Part shown: piece by piece, positions 36,658-46,076 of the stretch
How positions within the stretch are numbered: the first letter of the stretch is position 1
Layout: the number at the start of each line of letters is the position of its first letter
IMG/VR virus record: IMGVR_UViG_3300037132_000149
Span: 1 to 64,000 of that record
Direction: 5' to 3' (one strand)
Source of the DNA: an uncultured virus (IMG/VR IMGVR_UViG_3300037132_000149)
Lineage: Duplodnaviria; Heunggongvirae; Uroviricota; Caudoviricetes
Length of the DNA: 64,000 nucleotides
Program-made: the position numbers and the translations under genes
The notes under the pieces: generated by a model
What the model saw: the letters and a program-made list of their open reading frames with translations, nothing else
The model's database searches: none
Told to the model about the DNA's origin: nothing

Positions 36658-37727
36658 ACGTTTGTCAACCTCCCGCCGTTGCCGGCCGCTGCCGTGCCGC
36701 CGCCCTGCGCGCCCGGGAACACGCCGCCCGAGACGACGACCGTCGTACCGCCCGGATAGAGCGTTCCAGGGTTGCCTGGTGCGACCGAGATCAGCACGCC
36801 GCCCACGATGGTCTGCGCCCCGAAGGTCGCGCCCGTTCCTGGGCCGAAGGTCGCGAGAGCCAGAACGTAATCGGCACTCGCGCCAGACCCGCCAAACGTC
36901 ACGTTGTAGCCGATGATCTGGCCGCCCGAGATGATCGGCACAATCACCGGCGGCACCGGCGTGCCGGTACCGACCACGCTCACCTTGCCGATCGGCGTGA
37001 TGCCGTCCTCGAGCAGCGAGCCCAGTGTCGGTCGCAAGACGTAGCCCTGGCGGCTGCGACCGACAAACTGCGTCGATCCTGGCGGCACACCGACGATTAC
37101 CGCCGCCGGCAGCACGCCCTGTGCCCCGCCCTTCAAGGTTGGCATCGAGGTCAGCGGCCCTGCGGCTCCCTGAATCTCGACGGCTACCGTCGCGCCGACC
37201 GCCACGCTGGTTACGACGCCCAGATTGGTCTGGTTGAAGGCCCCGCCGTCGGAGGTGGCCGCGCTCGACACCAGACCGGCCTCGATCGCCGACTGCGAAG
37301 CCAGTATGGCCTGGTTCCAGACCTGTTTATTGAAACTCGACTCGAGCCGGAAGAACAACGTGCGGCCGGGCAGGTTCAAGACAATGCTCGTCGCCGTCGT
37401 CGGCTCGAGCACCGTGACGCCGCTCGTAAATCCCTTCACCGTCGAATAGCTCACCCGATTCCAGAGCGTTGCCGGCTGCGTGAGTTTGGGCGGCGTGATG
37501 GTCACGGTAAACGTGCCGTTTGACCCCTCGACCGCGATCGATCCTTGCGGCGGCGGCGCCGCGTTCTGCTGGTCCGACCCCTGGGTCACGCCAACCGTGC
37601 CCGAGACCTTGGCGATCTGCGCGCTCCATCCCTGGAAGAGATTGCGCGCGTCCTCCTGGGTCGCCCGCGGCAGCTTGCCGACCAGCGATTCAATCAGCGC
37701 GAAGTCATTGGGGGGTATCGTGCTCAT
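36654..37727 (-). CDS. Putative tail/structural protein
   Basis: Gly/Val/Thr-rich beta protein following the nozzle-like gene. Confidence 0.6.
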   Translation of the reverse strand: MSTIPPNDFALIESLVGKLPRATQEDARNLFQGWSAQIAKVSGTVGVTQGSDQQNAAPPPQGSIAVEGSNGTFTVTITPPKLTQPATLWNRVSYSTVKGFTSGVTVLEPTTATSIVLNLPGRTLFFRLESSFNKQVWNQAILASQSAIEAGLVSSAATSDGGAFNQTNLGVVTSVAVGATVAVEIQGAAGPLTSMPTLKGGAQGVLPAAVIVGVPPGSTQFVGRSRQGYVLRPTLGSLLEDGITPIGKVSVVGTGTPVPPVIVPIISGGQIIGYNVTFGGSGASADYVLALATFGPGTGATFGAQTIVGGVLISVAPGNPGTLYPGGTTVVVSGGVFPGAQGGGTAAAGNGGRLTNV

Positions 37728-37729
37728 GG

Positions 37730-40700
37730 TTATCCATTCCCCGCGTCGAACGATCCGCGCGCGACCTTGACCGGGATGATGTAGGCGGTAAGTCCCTTGA
37801 CGCTGGCCCAGGAGCCTGGCGTCTTGCCGTTGTCGTAGAGCACGCTCCAGTATTCATCGGTGACGCCGCGGCCCGGCTTCCTGGTCAAATCGACCTGGCC
37901 CTGCGGCGTGAGAGACATCGGCCGGCAGCGCAGCATCTTCTTCGGCCCGTTGATGTCGGTCACCTTGTTGCGGCCCGAGAGAAAACTCACGTTGATGTCG
38001 CCAAAGCCCACGCAGGTGGTGACGACGCCCTCGGGCTTCGACGGTTTCTGCATTTGCTTGGCCGAGACCGTCTGGTACTTCCAGTCGATGCCGGCGCCGT
38101 TGTCGTCGAAGCGGCCCGGTGTGCGCGCGTTCACGATGCCGCTGGGGTCGGTCTGGGTGTAGACCAGTTGCGACTGGTAGAAGTCGCTCGAAGTCTGGTC
38201 GGTGCCGTCCGGGCCGAGAGGCAGCGGCGGAGGGTTCGCCACCACGCGCTGGATCCGTCGGCAGATGAAGGCTGAAACATCGTTGAAGGCCCAGCGCCGC
38301 GAGGCCTCCTGCGAGACCTCCTTTTGCGCGTAGGTCGAGAAGTGGATCGGGTTGAGCCAGCCCTCAAGAAAACTCAGGGTGAACTCCTGGTTCGGCGTCG
38401 GCGAGTTGCCGGTCGGCACCTGGATGCGCACCGTGTGGGTATCGTTGTCGATCATCAGCGCGATGGTCTCTGCGGCCGCCCAGTTGATCGTCGCCCACTC
38501 GCGCGGCACTTCCTTGGTCATCAGGTCGGGGTCGCCCGTGCCGTCGTATTTGTAGAGGCCGGAGCGGTGCACGAAGGCGATGAACTGATGGTTGCAGGCG
38601 AAGGCGCGCGGGCCGCACGGCCCCACGCCCTCAGCATCCTGCGACGGACCCCAGCGCGTTTTTGCGTCCCAGGTGACGGGGTCGCCGGTGCCAGGCGTGA
38701 TCACGATGGCCGACTGCGAACGCATGGCATAGATGGCGTTGCGAAATTCGATCAACCCCCAGCACACCTCGCCGCATTGGGTGAGCAGAGGCAGCGGGCT
38801 GGTGTCGGCGTAGATGCTCTCGTACTCCCCAAAAAGGCCGATCACCGGCCCGGTTGTAAAGCCCGGCGCGCCGCACACTGAGATCCGGTTGCAGGTGGTG
38901 AGGAAGTCGACGCGCACGCCCGCCGGCGGCGCCTGAACCCGAAGCCGGTCGGTCGAGTTGTTCGCGGACTCGAGGTAGGTGTCGGAGAAGTTAAACGTGC
39001 CCGTCGTCGTCACGTTGTCGAGGATTACGGTCGGGATGATGGTGACCCCGTCCGAGAGGAAGCTCTTCGGGTAAACCTGGTTCTGGGTCGGCACCTGCAG
39101 GTTGACCGTGCCAACCCACCAGAACGGCCCTGACTGGGTCGAGTCGGCGACGCTCCAGTTGATGGCCCGGCCGATGATATTTACGGGGCCGAGGGGCACG
39201 TTGAAGACTGCGATCTCCCAGCCTGCCTCGTCGACGATGTACTTCGACACTGCGGCCTCGGTAAAGCCCGAGAACGTCTGGTTGCGATTGATCCAGGACG
39301 GCACTGCGTACCTGTAGCCCTGGGTCTTGTTGATCCCGCCGTCGGCGGTGTCGGCCACGATGTCGCCGCCCGGCCCGGTGCCGTTCACGGTCACAGACAT
39401 CGGACCCGCGGCAGTGTTGTCGACGGGAACAGTCTGGCCGACCTGGGACGTGGCCGAAAGTGCGTAGGCCGAGATCGGCGGCTCGGCTGTGCCGGTCGCG
39501 ACGTCGGCCTCGTAGACGTTCACGGTGACCAGTTGCGGATACTGCTGGGCGTCGGCGAGCTCGGCGAGCGACACCTGGACCTCATCGTTAAGCAGGGTAT
39601 TCACGATCGACGACGACGGGCCGAGTGGCGTCTCCCCGCTTGAGTTTGAATAGCTCAGGCGGATCCACACGTCGCGGCCGGCAACAAACGCCCCGGCGCC
39701 CGGGTTGCGGGTGAGCGGGGCGGCCTGCGATGGCGTCGGCAGTTGGCCCCTGGTGATGCGGGCGCTGTTGATGGTTGGCGCCGCCGCGCCGACCGCGGTC
39801 GCAGTCACGATGGGCGTTGCGCCGAGGGCCGAGGACAGGGCGAGTTCGTAGGCGGCCTGTGGCGGAGCCGGCGTTGCGAAGGCCACATCGGCTTCGTAGA
39901 CATTGACGCCGGTGATCGCGTAAGGCGGTTTGAGCTGCCCGAGCCAGCCAGGAAGATCGGCAAGCGCAGGAATCGTGACCTGGACGCCCTGGTTGATGGC
40001 CGTGGTGGTGATCGAGGCCACGGCGCCGGCGACGGTCTCGCCCATGCCGTTGGTGAAGGTGAGGAAGATATAGACGGTGCGGTTGGCGGCGAAGGTGCCA
40101 CCGGCATTGATCAGCGCGAGGACCGGGGCCGGAGGCTCCGGCAGCCGGTTCGCGATGACCATGGTCAATTCTTTCCAGGTCACCGGCACAAGGCCTGCCG
40201 CAACCTGGGCCGGCGAGAGCACCTCGATGACCTCCGCGCCTTCGGAGGCTGGCCCGGTCGGCCAGACCGGCTCGAGGGGTCCGGTCGCGCCGTTGTTCTG
40301 GGCCTGGTAGGTATGGCCGTTGCCCTGCCGGCCAGAGTTCGAGTTTGAAGGGCAGGCGACCTCGCCCTTGTATATGGCCGGCGTGATCGGCAGCCACTGC
40401 CACCCGTAGGGCTTCATGCCTAGGGGGTCAAGAGTGAGGGTCTTGGGGTTGTAGCAGGAGAGTCCGGCCGTCGGCGTCTTGAGGTCCGAGTAGGCGCTCC
40501 AGACCCGATTACCGGCCTGGGTGTCGATCTTGTGGCTGGCCGTCGGCAGCTCAAACACGCCGGCGGGCACCGGGATCAACCGGCCAGAGCCTATGGGAGA
40601 CTCGCGTTCCAGAATTCCAGAAGATGTAAAGCGCAGCATCTGCTGGAAAAAGGGATCGGTCGCCGAGAGCGACTGATACTGGAAGTCCCAGAACCCGGTG

Positions 40701-40900
40701 CCGGGCGCCGCGGCGCCCTGCATGATCAGGCAGTTTCCGGCCCGCGTCGCCGCCGACAGAGCTCCGCCCGTCGAATCACGGGTAAAGTCTGTGTTGCGGC
40801 AGACCGCCGCGCATCCGGCGGGCAGGTTGGTCGGATCGTCCTGATCCACCTGCCCGAGCATGCGCGAAATGGCAACCGGAACTCCTGAGAATACTGGCAC
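37730..40900 (-). CDS. Putative tail nozzle/stabilisation protein
   Basis: 1056 aa, beta-rich, internal repeats (VNVYEADVA twice), GVGPCGP..F motif, podophage position. Confidence 0.6.
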   Translation of the reverse strand: MPVFSGVPVAISRMLGQVDQDDPTNLPAGCAAVCRNTDFTRDSTGGALSAATRAGNCLIMQGAAAPGTGFWDFQYQSLSATDPFFQQMLRFTSSGILERESPIGSGRLIPVPAGVFELPTASHKIDTQAGNRVWSAYSDLKTPTAGLSCYNPKTLTLDPLGMKPYGWQWLPITPAIYKGEVACPSNSNSGRQGNGHTYQAQNNGATGPLEPVWPTGPASEGAEVIEVLSPAQVAAGLVPVTWKELTMVIANRLPEPPAPVLALINAGGTFAANRTVYIFLTFTNGMGETVAGAVASITTTAINQGVQVTIPALADLPGWLGQLKPPYAITGVNVYEADVAFATPAPPQAAYELALSSALGATPIVTATAVGAAAPTINSARITRGQLPTPSQAAPLTRNPGAGAFVAGRDVWIRLSYSNSSGETPLGPSSSIVNTLLNDEVQVSLAELADAQQYPQLVTVNVYEADVATGTAEPPISAYALSATSQVGQTVPVDNTAAGPMSVTVNGTGPGGDIVADTADGGINKTQGYRYAVPSWINRNQTFSGFTEAAVSKYIVDEAGWEIAVFNVPLGPVNIIGRAINWSVADSTQSGPFWWVGTVNLQVPTQNQVYPKSFLSDGVTIIPTVILDNVTTTGTFNFSDTYLESANNSTDRLRVQAPPAGVRVDFLTTCNRISVCGAPGFTTGPVIGLFGEYESIYADTSPLPLLTQCGEVCWGLIEFRNAIYAMRSQSAIVITPGTGDPVTWDAKTRWGPSQDAEGVGPCGPRAFACNHQFIAFVHRSGLYKYDGTGDPDLMTKEVPREWATINWAAAETIALMIDNDTHTVRIQVPTGNSPTPNQEFTLSFLEGWLNPIHFSTYAQKEVSQEASRRWAFNDVSAFICRRIQRVVANPPPLPLGPDGTDQTSSDFYQSQLVYTQTDPSGIVNARTPGRFDDNGAGIDWKYQTVSAKQMQKPSKPEGVVTTCVGFGDINVSFLSGRNKVTDINGPKKMLRCRPMSLTPQGQVDLTRKPGRGVTDEYWSVLYDNGKTPGSWASVKGLTAYIIPVKVARGSFDAGNG

Positions 40901-40927
40901 GGGCCGCTCCTCGCTTCCGTGAGCGAC

Positions 40928-41308
40928 CTACGAGTTCTGCTGCGTGTTGACCAGGATCTCAAGGAAGTGCTCGCCGTTCAAAATCGCGTCGGGATAGTTC
41001 GCCGAAGCCAGCTCGGCGCCCTCTGAGGCATACCAGCGCAGGCCGAAGGACGTAACGCCGCCGGCAACGGTGCGCTGCACCTGGGCATAGTAGCCACCGG
41101 CAAAGCCAAACCAGCGCGGCGAGACCGGGGGCGGGTTCTGGCCCGGGTTCGGTTGCGGAACCTGGCCAATGGCCTTGGGGTCCTTGATCGCGTTCAAAGG
41201 CAGGTTGTCGGCGGTTCCCTGGATATAGGCGCCGGTGACGGCGATCGAGACGATGTTGCGGTCCGGGTTCGATGCCGGGCTCGCTTGCGCCATGGACAAT
41301 GCGTTCAT
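40928..41308 (-). CDS. Hypothetical structural protein
   Basis: RBS AAGGAAG, 126 aa. Confidence 0.55.
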   Translation of the reverse strand: MNALSMAQASPASNPDRNIVSIAVTGAYIQGTADNLPLNAIKDPKAIGQVPQPNPGQNPPPVSPRWFGFAGGYYAQVQRTVAGGVTSFGLRWYASEGAELASANYPDAILNGEHFLEILVNTQQNS

Positions 41309-41311
41309 TTT

Positions 41312-41521
41312 TCACTTCCTTCGTTGAAGTCGCCCTGCTGGGTGCTGCTCTTCTTCCGGCTCCTCTTGCTCGAGCCGCCGCTTGCCACATTTTTCACAAC
41401 AAACCTCGCGCCGCCGGCCTCTGCCGACGGGCATCATCAGCGCGTCCTGCCGAATCTCACTGCCGCAGTCCGAGCATTTCTCGGCCTGGTCGGCGGGCAC
41501 AAAGTGCCCCCGATGACTCAC
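41312..41521 (-). CDS. Small Zn-ribbon protein
   Basis: CSDC and CEKC; GTGA-coupled. Confidence 0.5.
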   Translation of the reverse strand: MSHRGHFVPADQAEKCSDCGSEIRQDALMMPVGRGRRREVCCEKCGKRRLEQEEPEEEQHPAGRLQRRK

Positions 41522-42234
41522 CACCACCACCACCCCGCACCGCGCTGCCGCCGGGCGTTTGAGCCGGCGCGCGCCGTGTAACCCTGCTTTTGCCGTATCA
41601 GCTTGGCAACGATGTCGTCCGCGGCTGCCTCGACCGTGTCGACCGCGGCCTGTGTGTAGCCGGAGTTGCCTGCCTCAATGCCCACCAGGCCCAGCGTCGC
41701 CATCGTGAGCGGCACTTCCATGTCCGGGTCGACGACCAGCACCTGCTCGTCCTTGGTCAGGGCCGGCGGATTAAACCGGCCGTCGACGAGGATGTCGATC
41801 GGCATGTTGACCGGGGTGACGAAAAGCGTCGCCGCCCTCCAGGTGAAGTACATGGCTGTCGCCATCGAACTCACCGGGTAGGGGAACGGCAGCGTCTTCT
41901 TCTCAAAGGCCTCGCGGTACTGATACTCAGGCGCGCCGGCCGGCTTCCACCACAGATAGAGCGGTTCATAGAGACCCTCCAGGGGCCCGCCCGGCTGCTC
42001 GAAGCCTGCGAGCGAGGTGAGCCCCTGGTTGGTCGGGTTGGTGTTGGGATCGTTGGCGTTCGGGATCTCGACCAGTTGCTCGAGGTTCGACCCCGTCGCC
42101 CGCTTGATGTAAAGAGTCTGGGTGCGATAGGCGAACTGGATTTTAGGCACCAGATAGCCGTCCGGCGTCCAGTCTGCCTGATCGTCGCCCACCAGCGACC
42201 GCACCGTCTTCTTCACATCAAAGAGAGTATTCAA
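41518..42234 (-). CDS. Putative head-tail adaptor
   Basis: T..DV...VR.LVGD N-terminus; size and position. Confidence 0.55.
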   Translation of the reverse strand: MNTLFDVKKTVRSLVGDDQADWTPDGYLVPKIQFAYRTQTLYIKRATGSNLEQLVEIPNANDPNTNPTNQGLTSLAGFEQPGGPLEGLYEPLYLWWKPAGAPEYQYREAFEKKTLPFPYPVSSMATAMYFTWRAATLFVTPVNMPIDILVDGRFNPPALTKDEQVLVVDPDMEVPLTMATLGLVGIEAGNSGYTQAAVDTVEAAADDIVAKLIRQKQGYTARAGSNARRQRGAGWWWW

Positions 42235-42249
42235 CTTACTCCTCCCCCT

Positions 42250-43473
42250 TTACTCTTCGCCGACCATGGCTGTGGTCGCTGCCGCCGGGATATGGTCGGC
42301 CGCTGCCGCTCTTGCCGCCTTGGCCTCGGCCGCCTTTTTTGCGGCGCCCGTGAGTGGCCGCCCGCCCGAAACGACGGCGGCGATTGGCGGTGCCGGCGAA
42401 CCCCCGAAACCCTGTTTCCGAATCTCAAGTTCGGCGAGCACAATGTCGCGCTCCTCGCCCTTGAGCGCCATTAGCCAGGCCTCGGCGACCGGGAAGCCGG
42501 CCATGAAGGTATCGAAGGTATTGATCGGCGCCCCGCACTTCGGGCAGAACGGTGTCTCAGGTTCCGGTTCCGCAGTCCGGCAAGACTGGCACTTGCGCAG
42601 GCCGCTCGGAACGCTGGCCGTCTCGGCTGTCGTCAGGGTCAGCAGTTCGTTTAGCCAGGTGCGCTCGCCCGGCTTCGGCGGCGGCGCGTAGCCCAGCCTG
42701 ATCGCCCAACGGTACCAGACGCGATCCGACACCGAGATGTCCTTGCGGTCCTCCTCGGTGCCATTGAAGCGTTGCTGCGCCCTCGAGATCACGGCGTCCG
42801 CGTAGCGAAGCTGGCCGTCGAACATCTTGGCCAGGTAGTCGTCGAGGTTCCACTTGACGGTGCGGTAGCGGCGCGTCACCAGCTTGCCCGATGTCGCGAG
42901 AATCGCCAACGGCACCTCGATCACGCGCTTGGTCACATCCTTTTCTTCGGAGAGCCGGGCGAGCAGGTGAATGTCGCCCTTGAAGGCCAGCACCCCGAAC
43001 ATCTTGCGCGCGTCCTTGGGCGGCGGTGCTGCCTTGCCGTCGGCGCCGGTCGCGAAGATCGGCGAGAAATGCTCGAGAAAACTGTAGGCGATCGCGCAGG
43101 GGGTAAAGTAGAGCGGCTCGCGCTGCGGGATGGCGTCGCCCGGGCCTCCGCCCTGGTACCAGGTCGCGCCGACGTTTTTGCCGTAGATGTGCGGCTCGCG
43201 CACGGTCAGAACGTGGCCGATGCGGTCGCGGCCGTCGTAGGGTAGCGTGACCCGCATGCCGTGCTCTCCGGGCGGCAGCCGGTCGTCTTCCGGGCTCCAG
43301 ACGCAGTAGCGCATCAGTTCGCCCTGCAGCCTGAGCGGCGGCGGGTTAAAGTTGACGACTGTGAACGGGTCGCACTGCCCGCTCTCGATAAGCTCTTCTC
43401 TCTTCGCTCTGGCGGCGTCCGCAAACGCTGACTGCGCGGCTCCGACAGCTTCCTGCCCTGGCGTGATGGCCAT
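42250..43473 (-). CDS. Hypothetical protein with C-terminal Zn ribbon
   Basis: RBS AAGGAG; CQSC...CPKC. Confidence 0.7.
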   Translation of the reverse strand: MAITPGQEAVGAAQSAFADAARAKREELIESGQCDPFTVVNFNPPPLRLQGELMRYCVWSPEDDRLPPGEHGMRVTLPYDGRDRIGHVLTVREPHIYGKNVGATWYQGGGPGDAIPQREPLYFTPCAIAYSFLEHFSPIFATGADGKAAPPPKDARKMFGVLAFKGDIHLLARLSEEKDVTKRVIEVPLAILATSGKLVTRRYRTVKWNLDDYLAKMFDGQLRYADAVISRAQQRFNGTEEDRKDISVSDRVWYRWAIRLGYAPPPKPGERTWLNELLTLTTAETASVPSGLRKCQSCRTAEPEPETPFCPKCGAPINTFDTFMAGFPVAEAWLMALKGEERDIVLAELEIRKQGFGGSPAPPIAAVVSGGRPLTGAAKKAAEAKAARAAAADHIPAAATTAMVGEE

Positions 43474-43540
43474 AACCTTGTTTCTCCTTGCCCTGCTCGT
43501 GTTGGCCGCCGCGGCGGCCGTTGATGTTTCCCTCGGCCGC

Positions 43541-44221
43541 TCAACCGGCGGCGAGGTGCCCTTCCATGCCCAGCGAATCCATCAGCTCGTCGCGCACCCG
43601 CTGCGCCGTGGTGCCCACGGTCGCGAGCATCGGCTCAACCTCGTGCCGGTGGATATGATTGACTTCCTCGATAAAGGCCTCGCGCCGCATTGCCTCCGCC
43701 GACCTCTCAATGTGCAGGCAGTTCGCCAGATAGGTCGCGGGGTCGACCGGGGCGTTCGCCATCCGGCGCAGCTCGAGCTGAATCTTGTCCTTCCAAAAGC
43801 CCGCCGACGGCATCTCGGCGTAGAACTCGTCGCCCACCATGAAGTAGTCACCATGCCTCGGCCACTCCCCTTTGAGCCGCGTCACGCCGTCCTCTGCGAC
43901 CTCAGACTCCCAGGTAATCTGGGAACCCCAGGCTGAGGCCGGAAACCAGCGCTCAAGGATCGCGCCGCGGTTCTGATAGCGCGGAATCCACAACTCGCCA
44001 GATTCAAAGAACTGCGGCTCGAGCGCTTCCACCTCGGCGAGGTCGATGTCGTCGCCCACGCGCGGCATGTGCCGCATCGAGCCGAACGTCTGCTCGAGCA
44101 CATTCTCAGCCCACACCACGCGCCAGGAGGGCCGGGCGAAGGGATTGAGGCCGCCGTAGCGGGTGATCTCCCGGCGTATCTCGCCTGGCACGTTCCGGTT
44201 GGCGTGTGCGTGCGGATCCAC
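43541..44221 (-). CDS. Hypothetical protein
   Basis: TAGTG coupling; Trp-rich. Confidence 0.65.
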   Translation of the reverse strand: MDPHAHANRNVPGEIRREITRYGGLNPFARPSWRVVWAENVLEQTFGSMRHMPRVGDDIDLAEVEALEPQFFESGELWIPRYQNRGAILERWFPASAWGSQITWESEVAEDGVTRLKGEWPRHGDYFMVGDEFYAEMPSAGFWKDKIQLELRRMANAPVDPATYLANCLHIERSAEAMRREAFIEEVNHIHRHEVEPMLATVGTTAQRVRDELMDSLGMEGHLAAG

Positions 44222-44466
44222 TAGGCGGGCACCGTTGCCGAACGATAGACGTCGGAGCGCTTGCCGGCGCAGGTTTCGCAAAACACCTGGCCGTATGCGG
44301 GTGTGCTGGCGTCACCAAAGAAGCGCGGCTGGTTCTCAAAGATCGGCAGCTCGCAGGAGCGACAGGTATCTGCCGAAAGCAACGGGCAGCGCACCGATCC
44401 AAAGTGAAGGCCGCCGCAGAGTCCACAGACTGGATAGGGCGCGTAAGGCCGCTTTGATTTGCTCAT
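44221..44466 (-). CDS. Small Cys-rich protein
   Basis: Three CxxC motifs; RBS GAGG. Confidence 0.55.
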   Translation of the reverse strand: MSKSKRPYAPYPVCGLCGGLHFGSVRCPLLSADTCRSCELPIFENQPRFFGDASTPAYGQVFCETCAGKRSDVYRSATVPA

Positions 44467-44517
44467 CCTGGTCCTCGATTCAGTGCGAGGCGGCCGAAGC
44501 CGCCCCGCCTAGTTTGT

Positions 44518-44546
44518 AAAAGCGGACACAATTTATTCCGCTTTTT
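44518..44546 (-). terminator. Putative intrinsic terminator after the capsid gene
   Basis: AAAAGCGGA...TCCGCTTTT inverted repeat just after the stop codon. Confidence 0.5.
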
Positions 44547-44553
44547 ATTTCAG

Positions 44554-45867
44554 CTAGACCGCGTCCTGGAACGCGGGGTTGATGGCCAGCGTGTGGATCA
44601 CACCGTTCCACCAGGGAATCTTTCCGTAGTAGTTCGCGGAGTCCTGGTAGATGATGTCGTACTCGCTCAGCCAGTTGCCATTCTGGTCCATGCGCGGCCA
44701 CCAGAGCGAACCCGAGCCCGCGAACGGGATGAACCGCTGCGAACCGGGATAGCGGACCGAGCGCAGGCCCGACTTGCGGAGCGAGTAGAGCTTGTCGATC
44801 GCCGCCGTCGACTCGGTGATGACGTCGCGGCCGGAGATCTTCCACTTGCCCATGGTGTTGGGGCCGATGTCGTAGTTCGCCGGCTTGCCGTCCGCCAGGA
44901 AATACGTGCTTTTCGCGAACCCGAGGATCTCGGCCGAGCTCGCCTGCGACAGGTGGGTGTACCAGAAGGCGTCGTTTCCGGCGTCGTCCCAGTTTTCCGT
45001 GCCAATCGCCTGCTGCTGGCGGGCCTTGAAGATCGAGACCGTGCCCAGGGTCAGGGTGCCGTTGGTCGCGTTGAGCGCCGGCGCCTGGACCCAGGAGATC
45101 GAGCGGTCCACGCCGTCGTAGTCTCCGGCGTTCGAGGGGTCGACGATGTACTGCAACCCCTGCACCCAGAGCGGCGCGCCTGTGGTCAGGCCGGTCGGGA
45201 TGAAGTTGTATCCCGCGGCCAGGCCAGCCGGCACGTTGTCCAGGGTGACGGTGTCGCCGGCGCCGATCGAGTTCGATTGCTTGTCGGTGACGACCACGGT
45301 GCCGACCACGTTGAGCGCGGGGTCGGTGACCTGGTACTTCTCATAGATGTCGATCAGGCGCGCACCGAAACTGATGTTTGCCATCGGCACCACGTTGAGC
45401 AGGCCGGCATAGCTCGCGTCCACGGTTCCCACCACACCGTTGTTATAGGTCTGGAGGTAGGTGTCGCGGTCATGGCCCTGCTTCACTTTGGCGTCGGCGA
45501 CCATGCGCGCGACGGGGTCGATCGCGGTCACCTGCGCGCCGCCCTTGGCGATGCGCTGCATCAACTCGGTCGCCGCAAACGCCGAGGTCATGGGCACGGG
45601 AGCGATGATGAACTCCGCGTAGCCGGGGCCGAAGCCCTTGGGGTAGATGCCGCCGTCCGGCTGGTAGCCTCCGGTGTGCCCGCCGATGTTGAACTGGATC
45701 GGGTGACGGAAGTCCTGCTCGCCGATTTCGCCGGCTTCTTTCGTAGCTGTCGAGAACATTTTCTCGAGAATCGAGTCCATGTTCTGGGTCAGCTCAATGT
45801 CGCGTTGCACAACCTGCAGGTCCAGGGGCGCCTGGGCGACTGCGGTTGCAAAATCCTGAATTGCCAT
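44554..45867 (-). CDS. Major capsid protein (putative)
   Basis: 437 aa after a scaffold-like gene, strongly biased codons, QGLQY..D....Y.GVDRS...W motif, followed by a terminator. Confidence 0.75.
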   Translation of the reverse strand: MAIQDFATAVAQAPLDLQVVQRDIELTQNMDSILEKMFSTATKEAGEIGEQDFRHPIQFNIGGHTGGYQPDGGIYPKGFGPGYAEFIIAPVPMTSAFAATELMQRIAKGGAQVTAIDPVARMVADAKVKQGHDRDTYLQTYNNGVVGTVDASYAGLLNVVPMANISFGARLIDIYEKYQVTDPALNVVGTVVVTDKQSNSIGAGDTVTLDNVPAGLAAGYNFIPTGLTTGAPLWVQGLQYIVDPSNAGDYDGVDRSISWVQAPALNATNGTLTLGTVSIFKARQQQAIGTENWDDAGNDAFWYTHLSQASSAEILGFAKSTYFLADGKPANYDIGPNTMGKWKISGRDVITESTAAIDKLYSLRKSGLRSVRYPGSQRFIPFAGSGSLWWPRMDQNGNWLSEYDIIYQDSANYYGKIPWWNGVIHTLAINPAFQDAV

Positions 45868-46076
45868 GGTCTGGCATCCTTGCTGCCGTCAAAACCGGGC
45901 AGGCTCGGGCTCACTCGCGTTGGTTGTGCACACGGCCGCATCATTGCGGCCGGTGGTTCGGTTCTGGCGTTGCCCTGCGAATTGCCCTGCGAAGTGGAAC
46001 AGAGTCGAGCCCATGGTGGTCTGACGCCCCCGGTAGGCGGTTACACGGTGACCGAACTCTTGTCTGCTCCCGATGC

